Of a DNA stretch of 64,000 bases, positions 27,676 to 36,544 are shown piece after piece. The notes under the pieces were generated by a model that saw only the letters and a program-made list of their open reading frames with translations, was not told where the DNA came from and did no database searches. Numbering within the stretch: position 1 is the stretch's first letter; the number at the start of each line of letters is the position of its first letter. Both the position numbers and the translations under genes were made by a program. Where the stretch lies: the NCBI GenBank assembly GCA_023379675.1, contig JAMCPL010000010.1:51021-115020 (forward strand). The letters run 5' to 3'. Source of the stretch: Actinomycetota bacterium (GTDB lineage: Bacteria > Actinomycetota > Acidimicrobiia > Acidimicrobiales > JAMCPL01).

Positions 27676-28659
27676 ATGACGAAGAGTGCAGGGAAGAGCG
27701 TGAAGCCGAAGGCGCCACCCGGTAACCTAAAGCCGAAAACAGGTACAAAAGAGGCGCTGGGCACGCACTCTCGGCAAGGGCCAGGGGATGGCACCAAAGG
27801 CGCCCCCAAGACGCTGGCGAAAAGTATGGCGAAGCCGGTGTCCAAGCCCGCAGCTAAGCCTGCCGCCAGAGTACCTGTTGGACCAGTGGCGAAGGGTGCG
27901 GTGGCAATCTCGGCTGCAAGAAAGCCCGCAGCCAACAAGTTGACCGCCATGCCAGCTAGAGATGTATCCAAGGCGCCGGCGAAGGTGGGGTCCAGGGTGA
28001 TAGGTAAACTTCCTTCTGGAAAGACCTCCGCCAGTGCTGTATCGAAGGAGACGGGTAAATCCAGGTCCACCGCTCCTGGCAAACGTGGCTCTGGCACTGG
28101 CTCTGGCTCTGGCTCTGGCTCTGGCAAGGCCCTGATAGCTGCCGCCGCGATACCGGCCGCAAAATCTTCCACAAGATCTAGCCGCAGGGCCACCACGTCC
28201 ACTACCAAGGCCGCCTCGCGGGCTCGCCTGCCCGGGGAGAGCAGAGCACTGCCGGCGCGGCGCTCTTCGGAAACGGCGTCCTATGTATCGGATGTGAAAT
28301 TCTTAGAGGAAATGCGTGAGGCGTTGCTCAAAGAGCGTACGATTTACGAGGAACAGGTCGAGGCACTGAAAGACGAGGCCGAGTCGCTTGCCTTGGAGCG
28401 CGAACCTGGAGATGTGCAATTTGACGAGGAGTCGGGTGAGGGTGGTACGGCGTCGCTGGAGCGAGAACTCGATCTGTCGCTGTCCGCCCAGGCGCTTGAA
28501 GCCATACACTTGATAGATGATGCACTGGATGGCATTGATAAAGGTACTTACGGTCTGTGTGACTCATGCCACAAGCCCATATCCAAGGCTAGGCTCAGGG
28601 CACTTCCGTATGCGCGGCTGTGTATAGAATGCAAGAGTGGTGGCCTACACAGGCATTGA
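27676..28659 (+). CDS. DksA/TraR C4 zinc-finger protein fused to a ~200-aa Lys/Ala/Pro-rich histone-tail-like N-terminus
   Basis: The AAGGAGG RBS lies 5 nt before the ATG. The C-terminus reads GTYGLCDSCHKPISKARLRALPYARLCIECK (CxxC..CxxC). The N-terminus has KPKAPPGNLKPK..AKPVSKPAAKPAA.. and GSGTGSGSGSGSG. It sits in the conserved ileS-(dksA-like)-lspA-rluD position. Confidence 0.8.
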   Translation: MTKSAGKSVKPKAPPGNLKPKTGTKEALGTHSRQGPGDGTKGAPKTLAKSMAKPVSKPAAKPAARVPVGPVAKGAVAISAARKPAANKLTAMPARDVSKAPAKVGSRVIGKLPSGKTSASAVSKETGKSRSTAPGKRGSGTGSGSGSGSGKALIAAAAIPAAKSSTRSSRRATTSTTKAASRARLPGESRALPARRSSETASYVSDVKFLEEMREALLKERTIYEEQVEALKDEAESLALEREPGDVQFDEESGEGGTASLERELDLSLSAQALEAIHLIDDALDGIDKGTYGLCDSCHKPISKARLRALPYARLCIECKSGGLHRH

Positions 28660-28706
28660 GTAATAGGCATGCATCTTCGGCATCCGAACGGGCGCACGCT
28701 GGTCAA

Positions 28707-29270
28707 GTGCGTCACGGGGGGCGCCTGTGCGTCTCTGCAAGAGCCAGGTGTCTTGCGGTTGCGGTGCTGACGGCGTCAATAGTGATTGTGGTAGATCAGG
28801 TGGCCACATCGTGGGCGCTCGCGCGGTTGGCGAAAGGGCCAATTCACATCGTGGGGCCGTTAAATCTACAACTTGTGATGAATACGGGCTTTTCATTCGG
28901 CATTGCAAGAGGGAACTCCCCCGTGATAGCCGTGGTGGCAGGCATACTGGTCGTCATCTTGATATGGGCGGTGACCAGGGCGCGTACAGTTCCGCTTGCT
29001 TTAGCATACGGGATGATCATAGGCGGGGCGGTGGGCAATCTGGCCGATCGCCTGTTCCGGGGAAATCATGGCGCCGTAGCAGACTTCATCAGCTTGAAGC
29101 ACGGACCTACATTCAACATTGCCGATGCCTGTATTGACATTGGTGGATTACTGGCGGTGATCATCTGGACGAGGCGATCGCTGATGGAGTCCTCCCATGT
29201 AACTGTTGGGGATGCAACCGCCGATCAGGACAGGGACGAGGATAGGGATGGCGGCAATTGGCCGGATTGA
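28707..29270 (+). CDS. lspA: Lipoprotein signal peptidase (signal peptidase II)
   Basis: VMNTGFSFGI, GGAVGNLADRL and FNIADACIDIG are present. The start is uncertain: the ORF track begins at 28620, overlapping the previous gene, and the GTG at 28707 was chosen. Confidence 0.85.
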   Translation: MRHGGRLCVSARARCLAVAVLTASIVIVVDQVATSWALARLAKGPIHIVGPLNLQLVMNTGFSFGIARGNSPVIAVVAGILVVILIWAVTRARTVPLALAYGMIIGGAVGNLADRLFRGNHGAVADFISLKHGPTFNIADACIDIGGLLAVIIWTRRSLMESSHVTVGDATADQDRDEDRDGGNWPD

Positions 29271-30361
29271 TCGAGCAACGACCTGTGTCATCTCTTACCA
29301 GGTCATTCTGTGTTCCGGCCGCTCTGGCCGGCGAGCGGGTGGACAGGGCTATATCGCTTGTACTGGACATGCCGCGGGCCAGAGTCAGTTCGCTTGTAGC
29401 TTCGGGGAAAGTCATGGTGGATGGCGCGCCTCCTGTACAGCGCAGCAAGCCGCTGGTCGAGGGACAGGTTGTAGAAGTGATGGTAGGGGAGTACGCGCCG
29501 GATGTTGCCATAGCGGATAGCACGGTAGTTTTCAAGGTAGTGTATGCCGACGAGTGGATCGCAGTCATTGACAAGCCAGCAGGACTTGTGGTACATCACG
29601 GTGCTGCTCACTCGGGCGGTACGCTGGTGGATGGCCTCCTTTCGAAGTTCCCGGGACTCGGGCAATTGGCAGCCACGGGTGCGATGGATGCTGCACGACC
29701 AGGCATAGTTCACCGGTTGGATAGGGAGACATCCGGTCTGATGGTGGTAGGGCTGACCCCCCAGGCATTCAGTGTTTTGAGCGCAGCGATGACTGCGAGG
29801 CAGGTTGAACGGCGCTATACGACCCTGGTGTCTGGCACCGTGCCTGAAGCTCGGGGAAGTGTAGATGCTCCGGTAGGAAGGATGCCGGGTAACCCCACCA
29901 GCATGGGGGTAACTGCCACTGGCAGGCATGCCGTTACGCATTACACCGTGCAAGCTCGCTTTGCCAGGCCGGTAGAGACCAGCCTGCTCAATGTACGCCT
30001 GGAAACCGGCAGGACCCATCAGATACGTGTGCATATGTCCTCGATCGGACATCCTGTTATAGGCGATACCCGTTACAAAGGACCTTCATGGAAGTCGCTT
30101 GGATTGGGCGGTGGTCTTATCGCTGAGGTCCAGGCTGGGGAAGGTGTGGATGAGGCTGATCCGGGGACTGGGGCCGTGGATGGCGACTCACCTGTGCCTC
30201 TTGGCGAGTGGCGCATTTTCCTTCATGCATGCAGGCTGTCGCTGGAGCATCCTGTTACCGGTAGGCACATGGAGTGGCAGTCGTCCCTTCCCTCCGAGTT
30301 GGCGAACGTCCTGCAGCGGCTGGAATCAGCCTGCAATCCTGCCGGCAAGTGCCACGCGTGA
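29258..30361 (+). CDS. rluD: RluA/RluD family 23S rRNA pseudouridine synthase
   Basis: N-terminal S4 domain (RVDRAISLVLDMPRARVSSLVASGKVMVDG) with HRLDRETSGLMVV and THQIRVHMSSIGHPVIGD. There is an acidic Gly-rich insertion near the C-terminus. Confidence 0.9.
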   Translation: MAGLIEQRPVSSLTRSFCVPAALAGERVDRAISLVLDMPRARVSSLVASGKVMVDGAPPVQRSKPLVEGQVVEVMVGEYAPDVAIADSTVVFKVVYADEWIAVIDKPAGLVVHHGAAHSGGTLVDGLLSKFPGLGQLAATGAMDAARPGIVHRLDRETSGLMVVGLTPQAFSVLSAAMTARQVERRYTTLVSGTVPEARGSVDAPVGRMPGNPTSMGVTATGRHAVTHYTVQARFARPVETSLLNVRLETGRTHQIRVHMSSIGHPVIGDTRYKGPSWKSLGLGGGLIAEVQAGEGVDEADPGTGAVDGDSPVPLGEWRIFLHACRLSLEHPVTGRHMEWQSSLPSELANVLQRLESACNPAGKCHA

Positions 30362-31092
30362 AGAGATACCGAGCTTGGCATAGACGTTGTTCAAGTGATA
30401 TTCCACCGTTTTGACACTTGCGCTCTTGCTCGTGCAATTTTGGTGTCCGTCCTCGTGCAGTTAACCTGTCCGCCAGCTTGCAGGTCGAGATGACCATTGA
30501 GTGGTGGCTGACTCATGCTGTATGTATGAACGGTTGCCGAGAACATCACACTTTGAGAAGAGGTGTTGACTCTCACGAATATCGTAGGCGGATGCCAGAA
30601 TCTCGAGAAACGCCTCCGGCCGGAAGCAAGGCGCGCTTGGCTGTTCGACTGGAGGGCCCTCACCACTTCGCTGGGTCTCAGTGTTCGGACTCTCTTGCGA
30701 TCTATCATAATAGCCTGCTCAGCAGGCATGAGTTGCAGCACTGACGGGTAGCAGAGAAGTTTGCCGTCAGATTCGATAACACGGAGGTTCGATGCCTCCG
30801 CGAGTTCGATCAGCTCTCTGGCGTATTCACCCGATTCCATCCAGGACCTGATATCGAAATCCGCTCGCGCAACGAGTTCACTTGCCCTCTGGTACAGATC
30901 TGCGAGCTGGTCTCTGACGGCCGCGATGGAAGCAGTCAATTCAGACTGGTTCCCTTTCGCGCTTGCTCCTTGCGCCTTTCTGGCGACCGCTATTGCGGCT
31001 TGCATGCCCTTGGTCAAGGTTACGGTCTCGCGATTGAGACGTTCAAGTTCGGCTTCATAACCTGCCGGTGCGCTTGCCCGGTCGCTCACCAT
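30326..31092 (-). pseudogene. Decayed regulator gene: a 233-aa ORF (30391..31092) plus an out-of-frame LuxR/GerE HTH remnant (30326..30460)
   Basis: The N-terminal ~150 aa look protein-like, with a coiled coil. The last ~80 aa of that frame look like noise. A different frame reads ..SASVKTVEYHLNNVYAKLGISSRVALAGRIAG*, a strong GerE-type recognition-helix signature, but it is cut by a TAA at 30461-30463. The remnant overlaps the rluD 3' end convergently by 36 nt. Confidence 0.5.
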
Positions 31093-31123
31093 CGTCTCCT
31101 TTTCGTAAGTTCCCTACAGATCG

Positions 31124-32530
31124 TTGTGGAAGTGCCTATACATCGACTCGACTCCTGCTGTACTGTCTATATGTGGCACAACGAGCCGGACCGGATATCG
31201 CATGGACATGAATGGCAAGGACGTACCTGCTAGCAAGATCGGTCCACGAGGGTCCGGCATACGAGCATTGAGCCAGGGCGGGCACGATAGCCCCCACGAT
31301 AGCCCCGTTGCCGGCGTATCACCAGGATCAGCCGAGCGCAATACGCGGCGACAGGAATGGTCTTGGAGGCATCATGTTTCGTCACCGCGGACTGTTGCTG
31401 GCGCGGCATATGCCAAGCTCCGGGCAAGGCGGTGGGAAGTGGCTGTGTATGCCGGCTCTCGCTTGCTGATTCTATGGGTTGCCCTGGCTGAGGCCATAGT
31501 GATGCATACGTCTCTCGGCTCTGAACTTTCGAACTGGGACGGAGTGTGGTACCTGGCCATTGTACATCACGGCTATCCTGCTCACGTGCCTGCGGGCCAG
31601 TCAACTCTCGGATTCCTGCCTGTATACCCGTTACTGATCCTGATCGTGTCACGCCTGACCTTCACGTCGCCTCTGATCGCGGGGCTTGTTGTATCTGGGG
31701 TGGCCGGATTTGTGACAGTTGTGCTGGTGGAGAGCCTGGTGAATAGATGGTGGGGGAAGGATGCCAGCAAGTGGGCCGTCATCATTCTGTGCCTGTTCCC
31801 GGGTTCCATCGTATTCTCCATGGTCTACCCTGAGGGCCTTACTGCAGCTCTCGGCGCAGGCTGCCTCTTGGCTCTTGCGAAACGTCGCTGGGTGGTGGCC
31901 GGAATCAGCGCCGCACTGGCGGGAGTTGTCGAACCCGTCGGACTGGTGGCCATACCTGTGTGCATCCTCGTAGCCTGCATGATATATTTTGGCGACGCCG
32001 TCAATCGCAAAGAGGCAAAGCGAAGTATGCTGGCGCCCGGTATCGCCCCATTGGGCATCGGCGGATTTGCGCTTTTTCTCTGGATATGGACGGGAACTCC
32101 GTTTGCCACGCTTGACGCGCAGGCATCTGGGTGGCACCAGTCAGGGAACCCTATCGCTCTGATTGCCCAGATTCTTTCGGGGGTCGCGTCCAACCCTGCC
32201 AGGTTCCTATCGCACCATGCCATCAACCTTGACTTCGTCAATGGGCTGGTTGGAGCTGTTTTCTTGGTAATGGCGCTGGTCCTGCTGTGGCACCGCCTAC
32301 CGGCATTACCCATTGAAGTGTTTGCCTGGGTTGCCGGAATAGGGTTACTTACGCTGTGGTCGATACGTACGCCGCCGAATGCTCGCATGCTGATAGTTGC
32401 TTTTCCTGCCATAGTGGTGTGGGCGGATCATCTCGAAGGGAAGTCGTTGAAGGTGTTTACCACCGTGGAAGTGGTCCTTCTTGCAGGCATGAGTGCGCTT
32501 ACCTTTCATGGCCGGTTGCTGTCTCCATGA
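31124..32530 (+). CDS. Integral membrane GT-C type glycosyl/mannosyltransferase (PIG-V/DUF2029-like)
   Basis: Polytopic membrane protein with SNWDGVWYLAIVHHGY....LGFLPVYPLL, a motif typical of mannosyltransferase-2-like GT-C enzymes. The true start is probably internal. Confidence 0.6.
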   Translation: MWKCLYIDSTPAVLSICGTTSRTGYRMDMNGKDVPASKIGPRGSGIRALSQGGHDSPHDSPVAGVSPGSAERNTRRQEWSWRHHVSSPRTVAGAAYAKLRARRWEVAVYAGSRLLILWVALAEAIVMHTSLGSELSNWDGVWYLAIVHHGYPAHVPAGQSTLGFLPVYPLLILIVSRLTFTSPLIAGLVVSGVAGFVTVVLVESLVNRWWGKDASKWAVIILCLFPGSIVFSMVYPEGLTAALGAGCLLALAKRRWVVAGISAALAGVVEPVGLVAIPVCILVACMIYFGDAVNRKEAKRSMLAPGIAPLGIGGFALFLWIWTGTPFATLDAQASGWHQSGNPIALIAQILSGVASNPARFLSHHAINLDFVNGLVGAVFLVMALVLLWHRLPALPIEVFAWVAGIGLLTLWSIRTPPNARMLIVAFPAIVVWADHLEGKSLKVFTTVEVVLLAGMSALTFHGRLLSP

Positions 32531-32595
32531 GTTGGGCTAGTATTAGCTGTAAGTGAAAGCCAGCCTGATGAACGGTCTGGCTGAAAGGACTTGTT

Positions 32596-33609
32596 ATGCG
32601 TGCTGTATTATTGGAGTCTACAGGGCCTGTCGACTCGCCGGTACTAAGACTGGCGGAAGTGGAAAAGCCGGATCCTGGTCCAGGGGAAGTCGTGATCAAG
32701 GTATCCACCTGCGGAGTCTGCCATTCGAACCTCCATATGATAGAGGGTGACTGGGTGGGGAATGGGGTGCCGGCGTTCATGCCCATTATTCCGGGACATG
32801 AGGTCATGGGTACCGTAGACACCTTGGGAACAGGCGTTGACTGGCTGCATACCGGCCAGCGTGTAGGCGTCCAGCCGCTGTGGACTACTTGCGGCAGGTG
32901 CGAGTACTGCCTGACCGGGCGCGAGGAACTCTGCCAGAGCAAGGATATTACGGGCGAGACCGTGAATGGAGGTTATGCAGACTATATGCTTGCAAAGGCA
33001 CTGCACTGCTATCCTGTACCTGACGAGATAGATGACGTGGAGGCGGCTCCTCTCTTTTGTCCAGGCATCACGGCATACAGCGCCGTTTCGAGAGCGCGCT
33101 TGGCTCCAGGACGTACCGTAGGGGTATTCGGCATTGGTGGAGTTGGCCATATGGTATTGCAATTTGCTCGACTTACGGGAGCTGAGGTGATTGCGGTGAC
33201 TCGTAGCGCGGTGCATGGTGGCATTGCAGGCGACCTGGGAGCAGACCGGGTGGTCGATGCCGCGAGCGTGGATCCAGTCCGTGCCTTGAAGGAGGTTGGC
33301 GGGGTCGACTCTAGTATAGTGTTCGCTCCCGCGAGTGACGTGGTGCAGCAGGCCGTAGAAGCCACAAAGCCTGGGGGTACAATTGTAGTGGGAGTGTCCG
33401 CCGATATCAGCCATTTTGCGTTCGCCGACGAGAAGAGGATTGTTGGGTCCGTGATCGGGCCTAGGCAGGGAATGATGGAAGTCCTGGCGCTTGCGGCTGC
33501 TGGAAAGGTGAAGCCTGTGTGCGATACATTTGCGTTGGAGGATGCTCCTGACGTGCTTTTGAGATTGAAGCATGGAGAGATACGGGCAAGGGCGGTTTTG
33601 AAAATATGA
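32596..33609 (+). CDS. Zinc-dependent alcohol dehydrogenase (MDR family)
   Basis: CGVCHSNLH, PGHEVMGTV, the structural-zinc Cys cluster CGRCEYCLTGREELC and GIGGVGHM are present. Confidence 0.9.
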   Translation: MRAVLLESTGPVDSPVLRLAEVEKPDPGPGEVVIKVSTCGVCHSNLHMIEGDWVGNGVPAFMPIIPGHEVMGTVDTLGTGVDWLHTGQRVGVQPLWTTCGRCEYCLTGREELCQSKDITGETVNGGYADYMLAKALHCYPVPDEIDDVEAAPLFCPGITAYSAVSRARLAPGRTVGVFGIGGVGHMVLQFARLTGAEVIAVTRSAVHGGIAGDLGADRVVDAASVDPVRALKEVGGVDSSIVFAPASDVVQQAVEATKPGGTIVVGVSADISHFAFADEKRIVGSVIGPRQGMMEVLALAAAGKVKPVCDTFALEDAPDVLLRLKHGEIRARAVLKI

Positions 33610-33837
33610 TTGCCGGGTCGCAGGTGGCGGGTGGCGGGTGGCGGACGTATCTCGGTACAAGTGCATTAGGCCTGCCAGCTCGGAATAGCGATGATCGAGG
33701 TCTGGACGGTGTGAGCAGCCTTCATACAGGTAACACGCAGCGTGCGCACATGTAAGATTGCGTAGAAGCTGCCTAAGTAGACGTAACCCAAGTAGACGCA
33801 GACATGGGGGTACAGGACGGCAATACAGGACGGTAAT

Positions 33838-34860
33838 ATGGCATCTAATCGTAGAGTCAAGCTGGTGAACATAGGTAAATTGATTGTCGAATCCGAAGAC
33901 ATGCCTGTACCTGGCGTAAACGAGTATCTTGTCAAGATCAGTTCTGTAGGGGTGTGTGGTTCTGATGTCCACTACTTCGAGCACGGCAGGATAGGCAATT
34001 TTGTGGTGGAGTCTCCGCTTGTACTTGGTCACGAAGCTTCGGGCGTGATTGTAGGAGCAGGGCCGGGTACCGACCAGGACAGGGTCGGCCATAGGGTGGC
34101 CATCGAGCCGGGGGTACCATGCGGTCGTTGCAAGCAGTGTAGGACGGGTAGGTACAATCTTTGCCCGTCTGTCCGTTTTCTGGCTACGCCTCCTATCGAC
34201 GGTGCGTTTTCAGACTATATCGTCCATAATGGTGATTTCCTCCATGATATCCCTGATGGCATGAGCGATGATCAGGCGGCCTTATGCGAGCCGCTTTCGG
34301 TTGGGATATGGGCCAACCGACGTGCTGACGTTTCTCCGGGGGATCGCATACTTGTGACAGGTTGCGGTCCGATTGGCTTGATGGTGGCGCAGGTGTCACG
34401 AGCGCGAGGTGCCCGCGTCATCCTTAGCGATATAATACCGTCGAGGCTGAACGCTGCCAGAACTCTCGGCTTTGATGAACTGCATGATGCTGCATCCGCA
34501 CCGATAGAAGAATCCGGGATTACGGCCGACGTTCTAATGGAATGCACCGGCGTAGCGGACGTAGCTTTTCGTTCCATCTCAGTACTGGCTCCTGCCGGCC
34601 GAGCTGTGCTGGTGGGAATGTCGCCTGAGAAGGATCAGGCGCTTCCGGTGGCGACTATACAAGTAAGGGAAATCGTGCTCACCGGGGTATTCCGGTATGC
34701 CAACACCTATCCCGTCGCAATCGAACTATTCGAGCGTGGCATGATCCAAATTGATCCATTGGTCGGGGCGAAGTATGGTCTTGATGATGTGGCTGCTGCG
34801 CTCAGAGCATCGAGAGAAGATCCAGCGTGCATAAAGCCAATGGTCGTTCCATCGCTATAG
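33838..34860 (+). CDS. Sorbitol/xylitol/L-threonine dehydrogenase-like MDR oxidoreductase
   Basis: VGVCGSDVHYFEHGRIG, LGHEASGVIV, CGRCKQCRTGRYNLC and GCGPIGLM are present. Confidence 0.88.
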   Translation: MASNRRVKLVNIGKLIVESEDMPVPGVNEYLVKISSVGVCGSDVHYFEHGRIGNFVVESPLVLGHEASGVIVGAGPGTDQDRVGHRVAIEPGVPCGRCKQCRTGRYNLCPSVRFLATPPIDGAFSDYIVHNGDFLHDIPDGMSDDQAALCEPLSVGIWANRRADVSPGDRILVTGCGPIGLMVAQVSRARGARVILSDIIPSRLNAARTLGFDELHDAASAPIEESGITADVLMECTGVADVAFRSISVLAPAGRAVLVGMSPEKDQALPVATIQVREIVLTGVFRYANTYPVAIELFERGMIQIDPLVGAKYGLDDVAAALRASREDPACIKPMVVPSL

Positions 34861-35059
34861 AGGTGCTTTGCGGTCGCAGAACAGCGGTCAGTTGCTTTAC
34901 AAATTATTTCCATGATGTATTCGCGAACGCGGCCAGGCACATCGCAGGGGCGTATCCGGCGATAGCCACTCCGGATGTCCGGCGGATTGCGGATGAACAG
35001 GAATCATAGATGAGAACAGCTCACTGTTGGCGGAACTTGCTGATCAGAGGGACGAGCAT

Positions 35060-36544
35060 ATGGGAGTGATCGCAGGGGTCGATTCTTCCACTCAGTCGAC
35101 CAAGGTCGAGCTGAGAGACCTGGATACAGGAGAGGTGGTTGGGCAGGGCAGGGCAGGGCATTCGCCTGTCTCGCCGCCGGTATCGGAGCAGGATCCACAG
35201 GAGTGGTGGGTTGCATTCAATAAAGCGTTTGCTGGTGCTCTGTCGGACAGTGCTTCGAGAGGAAATAGGGCGGTGATGGCCAGGGATATTGATGCGATAT
35301 CCATTGGTGGACAGCAGCACGGGTTGGTCATTCTCGACTCTTCGGGAAATACGATTCGCCCGGCCAAGCTGTGGAACGATACGGAATCAGCAAAGGATGC
35401 CGACGATCTACGTGGCAAGCTGAGGGAGGGGGACTACGAGTGGGCCAGGGCTTGCGGTAGCGTTCCGGTTGCAGCATTGACTATATCAAAACTGGCCTGG
35501 CTCGAGCGAAATGAACCCGATTCGTTTTCCCGCGTGGCAAAGATATTGCTGCCGCATGACTGGTTGACGTACAAGTTGACGGGCAGATTCTGTACTGACA
35601 GGGGTGATGCTTCCGGTACGGGCTACTGGTCTCCGAGCGAGGGAAGGTGGCGTTTCGATCTGCTGTCCCTCGTGGATCCGGACATGGATTGGCCCGCACT
35701 GGTTCCGGAGGTGCTTGGACCGCTGGAAGCTGCAGGCGATTGGAATGGCATTACCGTAGGACCGGGCACTGGCGACAACATGGCATCAGCGCTAGGCATA
35801 GGGCTGGCACCCGGTGACATGGCAATTTCACTCGGTACCTCAGGCACCGCTTTTACCGTGTCGGAGGTACCTGTATGTGATCCGTCAGGATACGTCTCCG
35901 GCTTTGCTGATGCAACGGGTAGGTACTTGCCACTTGCCTGCACGCTGAATGCAACCAAGGTGACTGACACGTTTGGGGCGCTACTGTCGATGAATCGTGA
36001 TGCGATGTCTAATGCAGCGTTGGGTGAATCGCTTGGATCCGGCGGGCTGGTGGTGGTCCCATACTTCGATGGAGAGCGTACTCCGAACAGACCTCGTGCC
36101 CACGGTGCAGTAGTGGGACTATCCAGCGGGGTGAGCGCCTCCAGGCTCGCTAGGGCGGCATTTGAAGGTGTCGTATGCAGCATACTCGACGCAATGGATC
36201 ATTTGCCGGATATAAGTGGATCGCTGTTCCTTGTAGGTGGTGGATCCCGCTCGCGGGCCTACCAGCAGGTGGTTGCTGATCTGGCGGAGATGGCGGTGAC
36301 TGTCAGCAGTGAGCCGGAAACGGTTGCTGCCGGCGCTTGCGTGCAGGCTGCCTCGGTGGTTGCAGCGTGCCACATGAGCCAGGTGATCGAGGGATGGGGG
36401 CTGAGGAAAGGCTCACTCGTGCCACCTGGAGGCGGGACATCAGGCCGGAGTGATTCCGTGCGGGGGGTGACTGCGCAGGAGGTAAGGGAGGGGTTCAGGC
36501 GAGTTGCATCCTCTGACGTGTGGGATATTTCTCGAGGTGCTTGA
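35060..36544 (+). CDS. xylB: Xylulokinase (FGGY family)
   Basis: GVDSSTQSTKVELRD, LWNDTES and LVGGGSRSRAYQQVVADL are present. The start is taken at the ATG at 35060, preceded by GAGGGA. Confidence 0.85.
   Translation: MGVIAGVDSSTQSTKVELRDLDTGEVVGQGRAGHSPVSPPVSEQDPQEWWVAFNKAFAGALSDSASRGNRAVMARDIDAISIGGQQHGLVILDSSGNTIRPAKLWNDTESAKDADDLRGKLREGDYEWARACGSVPVAALTISKLAWLERNEPDSFSRVAKILLPHDWLTYKLTGRFCTDRGDASGTGYWSPSEGRWRFDLLSLVDPDMDWPALVPEVLGPLEAAGDWNGITVGPGTGDNMASALGIGLAPGDMAISLGTSGTAFTVSEVPVCDPSGYVSGFADATGRYLPLACTLNATKVTDTFGALLSMNRDAMSNAALGESLGSGGLVVVPYFDGERTPNRPRAHGAVVGLSSGVSASRLARAAFEGVVCSILDAMDHLPDISGSLFLVGGGSRSRAYQQVVADLAEMAVTVSSEPETVAAGACVQAASVVAACHMSQVIEGWGLRKGSLVPPGGGTSGRSDSVRGVTAQEVREGFRRVASSDVWDISRGA

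Noticed and set aside
27534-27720. Possible T-box riboswitch leader for ileS, as found in many actinobacteria.
   Set aside because: Only about 142 nt are available before the divergent gene. I could not find a convincing T-box bulge (..UGGUACC..) next to a sequestrator of the start region; the closest string is AUGUGGCACGAAG. A GGGUGGCGCC string lies about 180 nt upstream inside the neighbouring CDS. This is not supported without a covariance-model scan.
27534-28208. In-frame 225-codon N-terminal extension of the ileS ORF (ORF track 24165..28208).
   Set aside because: IleRS homology begins at MSENTQYNPYP (ATG at 27533). The upstream part is Ala/Gly/Pro/Leu-rich noise and is the antisense of the Lys/Ala/Pro-rich plus-strand gene, which has a strong AAGGAGG RBS.
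29303-30052. 249-aa minus-strand ORF.
   Set aside because: It is antisense to rluD, which has clear S4 and pseudouridine-synthase motifs, and shows no motifs of its own.
32644-34092. 482-aa minus-strand ORF spanning both alcohol-dehydrogenase genes.
   Set aside because: It is antisense to two plus-strand genes with unambiguous Zn-ADH motifs. Its translation is Arg/His/Ser/Leu-rich with no recognisable motifs, a typical high-GC shadow ORF.
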